DNA of 64,000 nucleotides from NCBI GenBank assembly GCA_016926185.1, contig JAFGPD010000042.1, positions 1,985 through 65,984 of the forward strand, read 5' to 3'. Source of the stretch: Candidatus Woesebacteria bacterium (lineage in GTDB: Bacteria; Patescibacteriota; Microgenomatia; UBA8517). The notes below the pieces were generated by a model that worked only from the letters and a program-made list of their open reading frames with translations, searched no databases and was not told where the DNA came from. Numbering within the stretch: the first letter of the stretch is position 1; the number at the start of each line of letters is the position of its first letter. Of the stretch, positions 34,690 through 44,795 are shown piece after piece. The position numbers and the translations under genes are program-made.

Positions 34690-36153
34690 TCAGTCCAGTC
34701 TGGGGAAAAGAGGTTCTGAGTTTTTTATTTGTGTTGAACTAAATTGTGCCTCTATTTTTTCTGACGTTTCCGGCAGGAAAGGTTTCAGATCATATGCAAT
34801 TTGTCTGATTTTATCAATTAAATCAGATAAGACAGTCTCCCTTTCTTTATTATTCAATTCCCACACCTTTTTTTTGTTGATAAGCTTATCAACTGACGTG
34901 ATGTTGTCCCAAACATGTTCTAATGCGTCGTTGAATTTGTAATTTTTTAGTTTATTTTCCACCTCTTTACTAAAGGTTGGTTTCGACTTCTTGATGTCTA
35001 GCTTAAGATTTTTTGAAAGCCCTGCAACTCTAGCTGTTAGATTTCCAACACCATTTGCCAGATCAGCTTGATAAACTCTCTCAAAGCCTTCTTTAGTAAA
35101 ATCACTATCTTCAAAAGGGCTGATCTTTGCAAGAAGATAATATCTTAATGCGTCGGTGCCATATTTTTCTGCATATTCGATTGGGTCAATGACATTTCCT
35201 AAGGATTTGCTCATCTTTTGTCCCCCAGATGTGATAAACCCGTGGATTAGGACCTGTTTAGTATTAGGTAAGCCTGCTGTCATGAGGATTGCCTGCCACA
35301 TTGCTGACTGCTGTCTTAGATTGTCCTTTCCGGCAACCTGTATTGCTTTTGGATCATTTTTTGTTCCCCAGAATTTTTCGAATTTGTCTTTGTCTTCTGG
35401 CCAGCCAAGGGCGGAGATATAAAATGTTAAAGCATCAAACCAAACATACATTACGTGTTTTGGGTCGTCGGGAACAGCAATTCCCCACGGCATCTTTTCT
35501 TTTAGTCTGCTGACACTGAAATCTTTTAACCCACCTTCAACAAAGTTTTTTATTTCCTTTAGTCTGTTTTTGGGCACTACGAAATCTGGATTGTTTTTAT
35601 AAAGTTCCAGTAGATCATTTTGTAATTTGGAGAACTTGAAAAAATAATTTTCTTCCTCTATCAATTCGATCTCGTAAGTAGGGTGTAGGGGGCACTTGCC
35701 ATTTTCCAGATCGGAGTCCTGTTTTTCCAATTCACAGCCGACACAATATTTTGCTTTATATACTCCCTTTTCGATGTAGCCATTATCTTTACAAAGCATC
35801 CACATTTGCTGTGCCGCTTTAACATGATAGTCATCAGTTGTTCTTGTAATGTTATCGTAACTAAGATTCAAAGCATTTTTTAAAAGATCAAATTTTTCGT
35901 AGTACTCATCAACATACTCCTTGGGAGTTTTTTTATTCTCCTGTGCTTTCTGGTATATCTTTTGCCCGTGTTCATCAGTGCCAAAATTAAAAAAAACATC
36001 ACACCCCTTAAGTCTTTTGTATCTTGCTAGCGTATCTGCTTGGATGATCTCCAGAGCAAAACCTATATGTGGTTTGGCATTAACGTAAGGAGCGGTTGTG
36101 GTTATGTAAAAGGCTTTTTTATCTGATTTATGATCTGATTTTGTTTTGTCCAT
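34690..36153 (-). CDS. metG: methionyl-tRNA synthetase (minimal form)
   Basis: APYVNAKPHIGFALEIIQADTLARYKRLKG aligns with MetRS [14 protein letters not shown]. Zn-knuckle CVGCELE...CPLH. KMSKSLGNVIDP. Confidence 0.85.
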   Translation of the reverse strand: MDKTKSDHKSDKKAFYITTTAPYVNAKPHIGFALEIIQADTLARYKRLKGCDVFFNFGTDEHGQKIYQKAQENKKTPKEYVDEYYEKFDLLKNALNLSYDNITRTTDDYHVKAAQQMWMLCKDNGYIEKGVYKAKYCVGCELEKQDSDLENGKCPLHPTYEIELIEEENYFFKFSKLQNDLLELYKNNPDFVVPKNRLKEIKNFVEGGLKDFSVSRLKEKMPWGIAVPDDPKHVMYVWFDALTFYISALGWPEDKDKFEKFWGTKNDPKAIQVAGKDNLRQQSAMWQAILMTAGLPNTKQVLIHGFITSGGQKMSKSLGNVIDPIEYAEKYGTDALRYYLLAKISPFEDSDFTKEGFERVYQADLANGVGNLTARVAGLSKNLKLDIKKSKPTFSKEVENKLKNYKFNDALEHVWDNITSVDKLINKKKVWELNNKERETVLSDLIDKIRQIAYDLKPFLPETSEKIEAQFSSTQIKNSEPLFPRLD

Positions 36154-36214
36154 ACATATAGTATATAGGTAAGTTAAAAAATATATAAATTTGAAAGTAT
36201 AAAACTTTGAAAAT

Positions 36215-36565
36215 CTATTTTATGAAGTTTTTGATCTTTTCTGCCCATTGATTTGCCCATTCTTCAGCCTCGATCTTTTCCAATGCAAGTTTAAGCCCCT
36301 TTTCTTCCATCTGAGTTTGTACAGAAGCTATGGTTGCTGAGCTTACTTTTAGATTTTCTTTGATATTGCTGTAGCTTCTGCCTTTTTTCAGCCAGTAAGC
36401 TATTGCCAATCTTTTGCTAAAAGCCTCCATCTCACTTTCGGTGAAAAAATCATTCAGAAATATTGACAACTCATTTCTGTCTTTCAGATCAACCAAGGCC
36501 TGTTCAAAGGTTTCTCTGATCTGCTTTTTTAAAGAAGCATTAAGTTTTTTGTCACTAACTCTCAT
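36215..36565 (-). CDS. YerC/YecD (TrpR-like) family DNA-binding protein
   Basis: 116 aa. LAIAYWLKKGRSYSNIKENLKVSSATIASV is a helix-turn-helix typical of the TrpR/YerC family. Confidence 0.55.
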   Translation of the reverse strand: MRVSDKKLNASLKKQIRETFEQALVDLKDRNELSIFLNDFFTESEMEAFSKRLAIAYWLKKGRSYSNIKENLKVSSATIASVQTQMEEKGLKLALEKIEAEEWANQWAEKIKNFIK

Positions 36566-36634
36566 TTTTGGTAATTTGCCAATTCAATTAATGAAACTAA
36601 TTACTTAAGCAGTATAGCAGTATTTTTTTTTGAT

Positions 36635-37096
36635 TCAATACTTTTTTTGAGAGAAATAAACTTCGCTGGTTATGGCCAGTCCCAGGATAAGAATTACGTT
36701 TATTATGTTTCCTATTCCAAAATATCTTAGTACAAGAAATATCGATATTGAAATGGTAGTCAGAAGTGCTCTTCTTGTGTTTTTAAAAATCAATTTAAAT
36801 GTTAAAACCAGCGACAAAAAGATCGAAATAAAAAATATTTGGATGGAACCACTTTGTAACGGGTCGACAAAGAGTATTATATAAAAAGTAAATACCCAGG
36901 AAACAGCTGTGATGATTACTGATGGAATAAAATTCTTTCTTCTTTTTACCTCCTTTTCTCTTAACTTTTTCTTTTTGCTACTTCTAATATTTTGAAAAAG
37001 CCTTTTTTTGATCCGCCTTCTTTTTATGGGTTTGCGGGAATCTTTTGTTTTTTTTGATCTAATACTTTTTATTTTAAAAGGTTTTAATAGCTTCAT
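36635..37096 (-). CDS. small basic membrane protein
   Basis: Lys/Arg-rich N-terminal half followed by three TM helices. Confidence 0.35.
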   Translation of the reverse strand: MKLLKPFKIKSIRSKKTKDSRKPIKRRRIKKRLFQNIRSSKKKKLREKEVKRRKNFIPSVIITAVSWVFTFYIILFVDPLQSGSIQIFFISIFLSLVLTFKLIFKNTRRALLTTISISIFLVLRYFGIGNIINVILILGLAITSEVYFSQKKY

Positions 37097-37134
37097 ACTG
37101 TCTATATATTAGCCTAATTGAATGTTAAAATGAT

Positions 37135-38133
37135 ATGAATATTAATAATATGGATACTGCTATTATACTTTTAATTGTTGCAGGAGTTGTGATTATTGTC
37201 GGTTTGTATTTAGATAGAAAAATTTCAAAGCTTTCAGAAAAACAAAAACCGTCAGATGAACTGCTGGAATACCTTAGGACCACAAACTCCCGTCTAGATG
37301 AGCAGAACAAGCAATTCACCGACGCTCTTCATAATTCGACGAAAACACTAAATGAAAGGTTAGATAATGCAGCTAAAGTGATCGGTGCAGTCCAGAAAAA
37401 TATTGGTGAGATGAGCGAGATAGGACGGGGGATGAAGGAACTTCAGCAGTTTTTACAGTCGCCGAAACTAAGGGGAAATATCGGCGAGCAGGTTCTTAAA
37501 GATCTTATTAGCCAGATGTTTCCTAAAAGCTCCTTCCACCTGCAGTACCAATTCAAGTCGGGCAATAAGGTTGATGCAGCGATAAATACCGCTGCAGGAA
37601 TACTTCCTATAGATTCAAAGTTTCCGATGGAAAACTTCCAAAAGATGAGCAAGGCTGAAAGTAAAAGTGAAGTAAGTTCTTTTAGACATGAGTTCAAAAA
37701 AGATATCAGAAAACACATCAAAGATATCAGCAAAAAATATATTCTGCCGGAGGAAGGAACGATGGATTTTGCGCTGATGTATATACCGAGTGAGCCTGTT
37801 TATTATGAGGTTGTTAACTCTACAGAACTTTTGGAGCTTGCCCAAAAACAAAGAGTGTATCCGGTCTCTCCCACAACTTTATATGCGCATCTTCAGACGA
37901 TCCTGCTTTCTTTTGAGGGACAAAAGATCGAAAGTCAGGCAAAGAAAGTCTTTGCAATGCTTCGTGCTATACGAAAAGATTACGGAAAGGTTGAAGATGA
38001 TATGTCAACGCTACAGTCACATATTGGCAGAGCCTACAACAAAATGAGTGATGTTGTAACATCTTTCACTCAGCTTGGTCAAAAGATATCCTCAACACAA
38101 AGCTTGGGAGAGGGCACAAAAGAAAAAGTATAA
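37135..38133 (+). CDS. rmuC: DNA recombination protein RmuC
   Basis: N-terminal TM, long coiled coil, then a C-terminal RmuC-type nuclease-like domain (ALMYIPSEPVYYE...RVYPVSPTTLYAHL). Confidence 0.75.
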   Translation: MNINNMDTAIILLIVAGVVIIVGLYLDRKISKLSEKQKPSDELLEYLRTTNSRLDEQNKQFTDALHNSTKTLNERLDNAAKVIGAVQKNIGEMSEIGRGMKELQQFLQSPKLRGNIGEQVLKDLISQMFPKSSFHLQYQFKSGNKVDAAINTAAGILPIDSKFPMENFQKMSKAESKSEVSSFRHEFKKDIRKHIKDISKKYILPEEGTMDFALMYIPSEPVYYEVVNSTELLELAQKQRVYPVSPTTLYAHLQTILLSFEGQKIESQAKKVFAMLRAIRKDYGKVEDDMSTLQSHIGRAYNKMSDVVTSFTQLGQKISSTQSLGEGTKEKV

Positions 38134-38135
38134 GT

Positions 38136-38741
38136 TTGATGATGATTATGGATTTATCAAAAATTGAAACACATCTTCAAAAAGTAATTTATCCTGAATT
38201 AGAAAAAGGTCGGCCCGATTGGGACAAGCCTCACACAGAAGCTGTTGTTTATCACATGAGGCACTTGATGTCTAATATTGAAAAAGCCATAAACAAAGAA
38301 GTTTTGTTAATAGCAGCTTATGCACACGATTGGGGCTACGTAGATCTTTTCGAGGAAGGAAAACCATTAAGTAACAAAGATATCTCCGGTTCAAAAACTG
38401 AACACATGATAAAAGGTGCTGAAAAAGTAAAGGAACTCCTGGAAGATAATTTTTTTAATTTTTTGACTGAAAAGCAAAAACAAAGAATTTCCCATCTTGT
38501 TTTTGTACACGACAAGCTTGATTTACTCAAAAAAACTGACGAACTTCTTCTAATGGAAGCAGATACATTGGGAGGACTAGACGTAAATTTCATAAAGCCG
38601 ACCTTCGATGAAAAGTCCAATGAAAGATACATGCAGGAAGTTAAGAGAAAGAGATTTAAGCTTTTTATTTCTAAATACGGAAAGAAGCAATTTCAAACTT
38701 TATATAAACTGCGTGAAAATTATTATAAAGACAATCGCTAA
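38136..38741 (+). CDS. HD-domain phosphohydrolase
   Basis: H...HD motif (VYHMRHL ... AAYAHDWGY) with a downstream conserved D. Start overlaps the rmuC stop. Confidence 0.65.
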   Translation: MMMIMDLSKIETHLQKVIYPELEKGRPDWDKPHTEAVVYHMRHLMSNIEKAINKEVLLIAAYAHDWGYVDLFEEGKPLSNKDISGSKTEHMIKGAEKVKELLEDNFFNFLTEKQKQRISHLVFVHDKLDLLKKTDELLLMEADTLGGLDVNFIKPTFDEKSNERYMQEVKRKRFKLFISKYGKKQFQTLYKLRENYYKDNR

Positions 38742-38769
38742 TTCTATAACGTGTTAGAATTACTTCACT

Positions 38770-41700
38770 GTGGATAAAAAATTAAACAAAGAGCAGCTAA
38801 AAGCAGTAAAGCACAAGAAAGGACCACTTCTTATTATTGCCGGAGCAGGAACTGGGAAGACTACTGTAATTACTGAACGTATTAAACATATCATTGAGAA
38901 AGAGTTGGCGAAAACTGATGAAATTCTAGCGTTGACCTTTACTGACAAGGCTGCAAGAGAAATGGAAGAGCGTGTTGATATGGCTCTGCCCTACGGTTAC
39001 ACCCAAATGTGGATTTCTACATTTCATTCGTTTTGCGACCAGATCTTAAGATCTGACGCTTTCCACATTGGGCTTAATTCAAGATATAAACTTATGACCC
39101 AAGCGCAAACTATTCAGCTTATACGGAACAATCTTTTTAACTTTAAACTTAAATATTTTCGGCCTTTAGGAAATCCAACAAAGTTTGTTGGGGGAATGCT
39201 GCAGCACTTCTCACGGCTTCAGGATGAAGATGTGTCGCCGGAAGAATACTTGAAGTGGGTGAAAGGTCAAAAGAAATCCTACTCCGCCAAGGCTTCGCAG
39301 GATGACTCAGCTGATTCAAGAATTTTATCAGCAGAGTCAAAATCGAGCAAAGAGGAAGAGTTGGAGCTTGAGAAGTGGACTGAGTTGGCAAATGCCTATA
39401 AAGCATATGATGAGCTGAAAGTAAAAGAAGGACTTTTTGATTATGGGGACCTAATTGTAAAAACCTTAGAGCTTTTCAGAAACAGGCCAAATATTTTGAA
39501 AAAATATAAAGACCAATTCAAGTACATTTTAGTTGATGAGTTTCAGGATACCAATATCGCCCAGAATGATCTTGTCATGATGCTTGCCGGTAAGAACGGC
39601 AACATCACAGTCGTTGCTGATGACGACCAGAGTATTTATAAGTGGCGTGGAGCTGCGGTAAGTAATGTTTTGCAATTCAGGGAAAATTATCCGAAGGCAA
39701 AGCTCATTACTTTGACAAAAAATTATCGCAGCGGGCAAAAAATATTGGACGGATCTTACAAGCTTATCCAACACAATAACCCTGATAGGTTAGAGCAGGT
39801 AGAGAATATTGATAAAAAGCTCGAATCACAAGTAAGTCCCGCTTCGCGTAAAGCTTCGCGGGATGACTCTATCACTTTTATACATAGCGATAGAGTTGAA
39901 AACGAAGCAGATGCGGTAGCAAAAGAAGTAAAAAGATTGATAGAGGAAGAGGATTTTAATTGGTCGGATATAGCAGTATTGGTGAGGGCCAACAATCACG
40001 CTGACAGTTTTATCAGGTCGTTCCAAAGGCGCGGTGTTCCTTATCAGTTTTTGGGTCCAGGAAGACTTTTCAAGCAGCTCGAGGTGATAGATATGATCAG
40101 CTATTTAAAGGTTTTGTATAACTTTGAGGATGACGTTTCTTTATATCGGCTTTTATCAATTGAAGAGTTGGGAGTAGATCATAAGGATCTTTCAAGAGTT
40201 GCCAATTATGCAAGAAAATATAATTTAAGCATTTATGATGCCATTAAAAAATCGAAGGATATCTTTATAAAGGGGGGGACAAGAAAAAAACTTAAAAAGA
40301 TAATCAAAATCATTGATAAACACTTAAAGTTTGTAAGAAAAGAATCTGCCGGACAGCTTCTTTACGACTTTTTGGAAGAATCAGAGCTTTTGGTAGAACT
40401 TCTTAATCCGGATACTGCTGTTGCACAAAAGAGGGCTAAAAATATAAGCAAATTCTTTGACAAGTTAAAAACCTATGAAGTTGATAATGAGGATGCAACA
40501 GTTATGAGTGTTGTTGACTGGATCGATCTTTCCATGGACCTTGGTGAGTCTCCTTTGGCTGCAGATATTGATTGGAGTGAAATAAACGCTGTAAATATCT
40601 TGACGGTTCACTCAGCTAAGGGTCTTGAGTTTCCGGTAGTGTTTCTGGTTAATCTTGTAGGTGAGCGTTTTCCCAGCAGACGCAGAAGTGAGCAGATACC
40701 TATTCCTGACGAGCTTATAAAAGAGAGTTTACCTTCGGGCGATCATCATCTGCAGGAAGAAAGAAGGCTTTTTTATGTTGCTATGACACGAGCAAAAGAA
40801 AAACTTTTTTTCACTGCGGCAAATTATTATGGTGAAGGAAAAAGAGAAAAGAAATTATCACCTTTTATTTTTGAGGCGTTGGGGGATAAGGTAATACAGA
40901 GTGAGTCCTCCTTCGCTAAAGCTACGGAGGACAGGCAATTGTCGTTTTTGGATTATAAGCCATCGAATATTGACCCATCAACTATGGTCAAATCAGAAGT
41001 TCAGGATTTGCACATTGATTATTTGTCATATTCTCAGATCGATGTTTTTCGGGTATGCCCGCTTCATTATAAGCTGAAATATATTTTCAATGTTCCGACT
41101 CCGCCCACATCTGCGCTGTCTTTTGGAATGACAATGCACGCAACGATGAAGGATTTTTACGAAGCAGCAGTGGCGGGAGAAAAAGCTACTGTTGATACAC
41201 TTTTGAAAACTTATGAGAAAAATTGGAGGCGAGAAGGGTATGTCAGTCGCGCATACGAAAAGAAAATGCACACAAGGGGTATAAAGTATCTGAAAGGATT
41301 TTACAAAGAGAGTTTTGATAAAAAGAATCTTCCGAAAGCATTGGAGCTGCCTTTTGTAGTACCACTTAAAAGTCCAAGTAAGAATGCAAGACCACTTAAA
41401 ATTGGTGGGAAAATGGACAGAGTTGATGTTTTATCTGACGGGACTGTTGAAATAGTCGATTATAAAACCGGGGAAAAAGTGCCAACGCAAAAACAGGCCG
41501 ACAATGACCTGCAGCTGACATTTTATGCTCTTGCAGCATCAAAACTCACTGGCGAGATTTTTGACGTTGACTTAAAAAAACTTAAGATGTCATTTTATTA
41601 TTTCGAGGAGCAGGTTAAAGTAACCACCCAAAGAACACAAAAACAGCTTGATCAGACAGAAAAAGAGATCTTTGAGTGGAGAGAAAAGATCGAGACAAGT

Positions 41701-41772
41701 GACTTTAAATGTTCAAAACACATGTTTTGTGACAACTGCGAATACAAACTCTTCTGTGCGGCGGATGAATAG
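38770..41772 (+). CDS. UvrD/PcrA-type SF1 helicase fused to a C-terminal Cas4/AddB-like PD-(D/E)XK nuclease with Fe-S cysteines
   Basis: Walker A GAGTGKTT. Helicase motifs (ILVDEFQDTN, TVHSAKGLEFPVVF, VAMTRAKEKL). C-terminal CPLHYKLKYI ... DYKTG ... CSKHMFCDNCEYKLFC. GTG start. Confidence 0.75.
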   Translation: MDKKLNKEQLKAVKHKKGPLLIIAGAGTGKTTVITERIKHIIEKELAKTDEILALTFTDKAAREMEERVDMALPYGYTQMWISTFHSFCDQILRSDAFHIGLNSRYKLMTQAQTIQLIRNNLFNFKLKYFRPLGNPTKFVGGMLQHFSRLQDEDVSPEEYLKWVKGQKKSYSAKASQDDSADSRILSAESKSSKEEELELEKWTELANAYKAYDELKVKEGLFDYGDLIVKTLELFRNRPNILKKYKDQFKYILVDEFQDTNIAQNDLVMMLAGKNGNITVVADDDQSIYKWRGAAVSNVLQFRENYPKAKLITLTKNYRSGQKILDGSYKLIQHNNPDRLEQVENIDKKLESQVSPASRKASRDDSITFIHSDRVENEADAVAKEVKRLIEEEDFNWSDIAVLVRANNHADSFIRSFQRRGVPYQFLGPGRLFKQLEVIDMISYLKVLYNFEDDVSLYRLLSIEELGVDHKDLSRVANYARKYNLSIYDAIKKSKDIFIKGGTRKKLKKIIKIIDKHLKFVRKESAGQLLYDFLEESELLVELLNPDTAVAQKRAKNISKFFDKLKTYEVDNEDATVMSVVDWIDLSMDLGESPLAADIDWSEINAVNILTVHSAKGLEFPVVFLVNLVGERFPSRRRSEQIPIPDELIKESLPSGDHHLQEERRLFYVAMTRAKEKLFFTAANYYGEGKREKKLSPFIFEALGDKVIQSESSFAKATEDRQLSFLDYKPSNIDPSTMVKSEVQDLHIDYLSYSQIDVFRVCPLHYKLKYIFNVPTPPTSALSFGMTMHATMKDFYEAAVAGEKATVDTLLKTYEKNWRREGYVSRAYEKKMHTRGIKYLKGFYKESFDKKNLPKALELPFVVPLKSPSKNARPLKIGGKMDRVDVLSDGTVEIVDYKTGEKVPTQKQADNDLQLTFYALAASKLTGEIFDVDLKKLKMSFYYFEEQVKVTTQRTQKQLDQTEKEIFEWREKIETSDFKCSKHMFCDNCEYKLFCAADE

Positions 41773-41815
41773 TTGAAAACTTGTTTTCTAAAGTCAATTT
41801 AGAATATATACTTAA

Positions 41816-42049
41816 ATGATGTTAATAGTTAATGTTTTTGGATGGTTGGGAATGCTTCTCATATTGACTGCTTATTATTTGAATTCGGTCGGTAGGGTCA
41901 AGTCAAATTCAAAAAATTACCACCTTCTTAATCTTTTTGGTGCATTAGGTATTATTGTGAACACCTATTCTAATCAAGCTTGGCCGGCGATGACACTAAA
42001 TATTTTTTGGCTTTTAATAGCTGCAGTTTCTCTTCTTAAGAAAAAGTAG
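41816..42049 (+). CDS. small membrane protein
   Basis: 77 aa with two hydrophobic helices. Confidence 0.3.
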   Translation: MMLIVNVFGWLGMLLILTAYYLNSVGRVKSNSKNYHLLNLFGALGIIVNTYSNQAWPAMTLNIFWLLIAAVSLLKKK

Positions 42050-42070
42050 TAATTTTGTGTAAAATTAGCT

Positions 42071-42613
42071 ATGAATATTATTTTCAGATACAGCGGGTTT
42101 TTTGTGGTCTTCTTCTCTTGGATCATGGTCATTTTGCCATACTTCCTTTCAAAACACAAAAAGAAAATTGAGGCTTTAAGTGATGTTGGCGCTCTACCAA
42201 AGATTGGTTTTGCTACCAATATTGGAGTAATGCTTGTTTCAATTTCTCAGTTTGTCTTTTGGATTTATATTTCTTCGATACATCCAGAGACAAATATTCT
42301 AAGATCTGTATTGATTCTTTTTTATGCCTCCTTCCATCTTTTGCTGGCTGGTATTGTTCACGTTGAAATAGATAAGTTTTTGCACGATATACTTATTAAA
42401 ATATATTTTATATTCTCGCTTGCAGGAGCGTATCTTTTAAGCGACGCGTTTTCTGTTATCAGTCTGGAAATTTCAAATATTTTAGAGTTTGTTATCTTAA
42501 TAAGTGGTTTGGGGTCTATTGTGTTGTATTATAAAAAAACAATTTTTGCAGAACTATGGCACATAACACTTTCCTCTATCTGGATAGTGATTATTTACCT
42601 TAGTATTCTTTAA
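42071..42613 (+). CDS. polytopic membrane protein of unknown function
   Basis: 180 aa with 5-6 predicted TM helices. Confidence 0.35.
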   Translation: MNIIFRYSGFFVVFFSWIMVILPYFLSKHKKKIEALSDVGALPKIGFATNIGVMLVSISQFVFWIYISSIHPETNILRSVLILFYASFHLLLAGIVHVEIDKFLHDILIKIYFIFSLAGAYLLSDAFSVISLEISNILEFVILISGLGSIVLYYKKTIFAELWHITLSSIWIVIIYLSIL

Positions 42614-42643
42614 TCGACTCTCGCCCCGCTGAAAAGGATGTTT

Positions 42644-43099
42644 TTAGAATTTGCTTAGTAGCCATACCTTGGAGAGGTAGATGGAAAATACTAAAGCTAT
42701 CACGCTGATGCATTGATTGGTGATTTGGTAGGCAAACCAAATTGATTCGTTTTGGAAAATCTTATACCCGCACAACTTTTCAGGTGGCTCGCGATTAACT
42801 TTTGAAAACTGCTGACTGAGCCAATATATTGTTTCTCCAAAGCTTCTCACAACCCAAAAAAGTGACAAGATGAGAAGAAACAATATCCAATCATTTAATA
42901 AAATTGAGGTAAAAGTGACTAAAAACCAAAAGGCTCCAAAAACTACTGCATCTCCCCAAACGTAAATTCCAAACAGAAATAAATATGGAGTAGCTCCAAA
43001 AGCGTTTTTTTTGATCTTAGTTTCTCTAAAACCTTTTATGAAAAAGAAAAGACTTAAAACACCATAAGTGAAAAGGACTATTGTATTCCAATTTTTCAT
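42644..43099 (-). CDS. polytopic membrane protein of unknown function
   Basis: 151 aa with 4 predicted TM helices. Confidence 0.35.
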   Translation of the reverse strand: MKNWNTIVLFTYGVLSLFFFIKGFRETKIKKNAFGATPYLFLFGIYVWGDAVVFGAFWFLVTFTSILLNDWILFLLILSLFWVVRSFGETIYWLSQQFSKVNREPPEKLCGYKIFQNESIWFAYQITNQCISVIALVFSIYLSKVWLLSKF

Positions 43100-43126
43100 G
43101 ACCTTTATATTATCACGTCGTGAATG

Positions 43127-44185
43127 TTAAAAACTGTATTTTGTAAGACCTAGGTTTGCCTTTGTCCGAAGGAGTGACCAGCGGACGCTATCCGCAATCC
43201 TGAAAAAATAATATAGCGGCTTGTTGACAATAAGATCCCAAGTACCCAGATATTCTACTACCTTTGGGTTGAAGCCCTCCTTGAATTTTGTGAATCCTTT
43301 TCCCGGTTCGCGTCCCCAGAGGTCAAATCTTTTAAGTTCCAGTTTTTTGCCAAATCGAATTGCTTCCCACATCATCAGAGAATTTGCCTGTACATTTTTA
43401 TGTTCCATGCTGGATGCACCATAAGGGTAATAAAGCATATCTTTCCAAACAAAAAGGATCCAGGTTGTGATGATCTTACCCTTATATTTTGCTGTTAGTA
43501 GATGGGCGATTGGCCTCCGACTCGGATGATCCCCCGGCTCGGAGAGTTTTTGGTTTTTGGTGTTTGGTGTTTGATGAAGGTGTTGCCACATCAGGCGGTG
43601 ATAATTTTCGTTGTGGGCAAAAAATCCTTGTCGCTCAACAGTTTTTCTGGTCAGCTCAAGATATTTTTTAAAAGCTTTATCGGAGTTATTTTCAACTACC
43701 TTAATCCCTTTTCTTTTTGCATAACGGATGTTGTATCGAGTTTTGTGATGAAAAGATTTTAAAAGCTCCTCTTCCGATTTTGTCAGGTCAATTTGAAAGG
43801 ATGAGGGAGTAAATAGGGTTTTACCAGCAACACAACCATTGTCTCTCAAAAACTTTTCCAGCTTTCTGCGAGATTGTTTGGTTTTCTTTTCTTCTTTCTT
43901 CCCATTTACTAATTGCCAACTACTAACTACTAAATTGGGCTCAAGTTTAATGAATATTAAATTATTTTCTTTTGCAATCTTTTTAAGATCGCTCAACATC
44001 TTCTTTGTCGGTTCTGGTCCGCGAATGAACATACCGATTTTGTACTTGGTTAGTGGGATTTTATGGATGGTGATGATCCCGTACTCTGTTTCCAATATTT
44101 CATTCCCCCAATCTTTTCTAAAATCCGCCCAATAAGAACTTTGCAAAGGATGTGTTGCGATCCCGTTTAATTCAGCTTTGTCCAT
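43127..44185 (-). CDS. FemAB-family peptidoglycan interpeptide-bridge aminoacyltransferase
   Basis: GNAT-duplicated FemAB architecture. Conserved C-terminal region MMWEAIRFGKKLELKRFDLWG. An internal Lys-rich coiled-coil insertion is present. Confidence 0.7.
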   Translation of the reverse strand: MDKAELNGIATHPLQSSYWADFRKDWGNEILETEYGIITIHKIPLTKYKIGMFIRGPEPTKKMLSDLKKIAKENNLIFIKLEPNLVVSSWQLVNGKKEEKKTKQSRRKLEKFLRDNGCVAGKTLFTPSSFQIDLTKSEEELLKSFHHKTRYNIRYAKRKGIKVVENNSDKAFKKYLELTRKTVERQGFFAHNENYHRLMWQHLHQTPNTKNQKLSEPGDHPSRRPIAHLLTAKYKGKIITTWILFVWKDMLYYPYGASSMEHKNVQANSLMMWEAIRFGKKLELKRFDLWGREPGKGFTKFKEGFNPKVVEYLGTWDLIVNKPLYYFFRIADSVRWSLLRTKANLGLTKYSF

Positions 44186-44329
44186 AAAGCTATTATATCA
44201 GTGAGTGATTTAAATTGGTTCTTTATATTTTTTTATAAAATAATAATAAAACCCAAAACGCCATCGGGGTCGGAGATGTCTGATTAAATATTTTCTATTT
44301 CTTTGTGCTGAGAAGAGATTATGAGATGT

Positions 44330-44683
44330 TTAACTATTACTTTCTAATTCTTTCAGTTTATCCTCAAGTTGTTTTAAATGTTTCTCAGAAGTATCATCAG
44401 GGTTTGGCGTAGAAAGATCTATTTTAAGATATTTAATGAATTCTTTTATATCCTCTATGTTATTATGTCCTTTATTTACTGCCCATGAGCCGAAATATCC
44501 TGCTTGACCTATGCATAGAGATCTTGATCTCTCATCTTCTGAGGTTTCATACATTTTGTAGTAATGATGTGCTAATTTTACTAAGTCATCAGTGTTTGCT
44601 TTTGGGGGATTGGACTGAATCTTGTTTTTCAGTATTATCATCTCCTCCTTTTCTTTTAAAAACTCTTCTTGTACTTGTGTCAT
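44330..44683 (-). CDS. hypothetical protein
   Basis: 117-aa acidic ORF. No recognisable motif. Confidence 0.35.
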   Translation of the reverse strand: MTQVQEEFLKEKEEMIILKNKIQSNPPKANTDDLVKLAHHYYKMYETSEDERSRSLCIGQAGYFGSWAVNKGHNNIEDIKEFIKYLKIDLSTPNPDDTSEKHLKQLEDKLKELESNS

Positions 44684-44795
44684 TGATATATTTTATCATG
44701 AAAACATTTTTACCTCACGAGCAAGATATTAAGAGAAGAAAATATCTACAACTGCATTAGTCGGAATAGTAATTTTTATGATTTACATACTAAGT

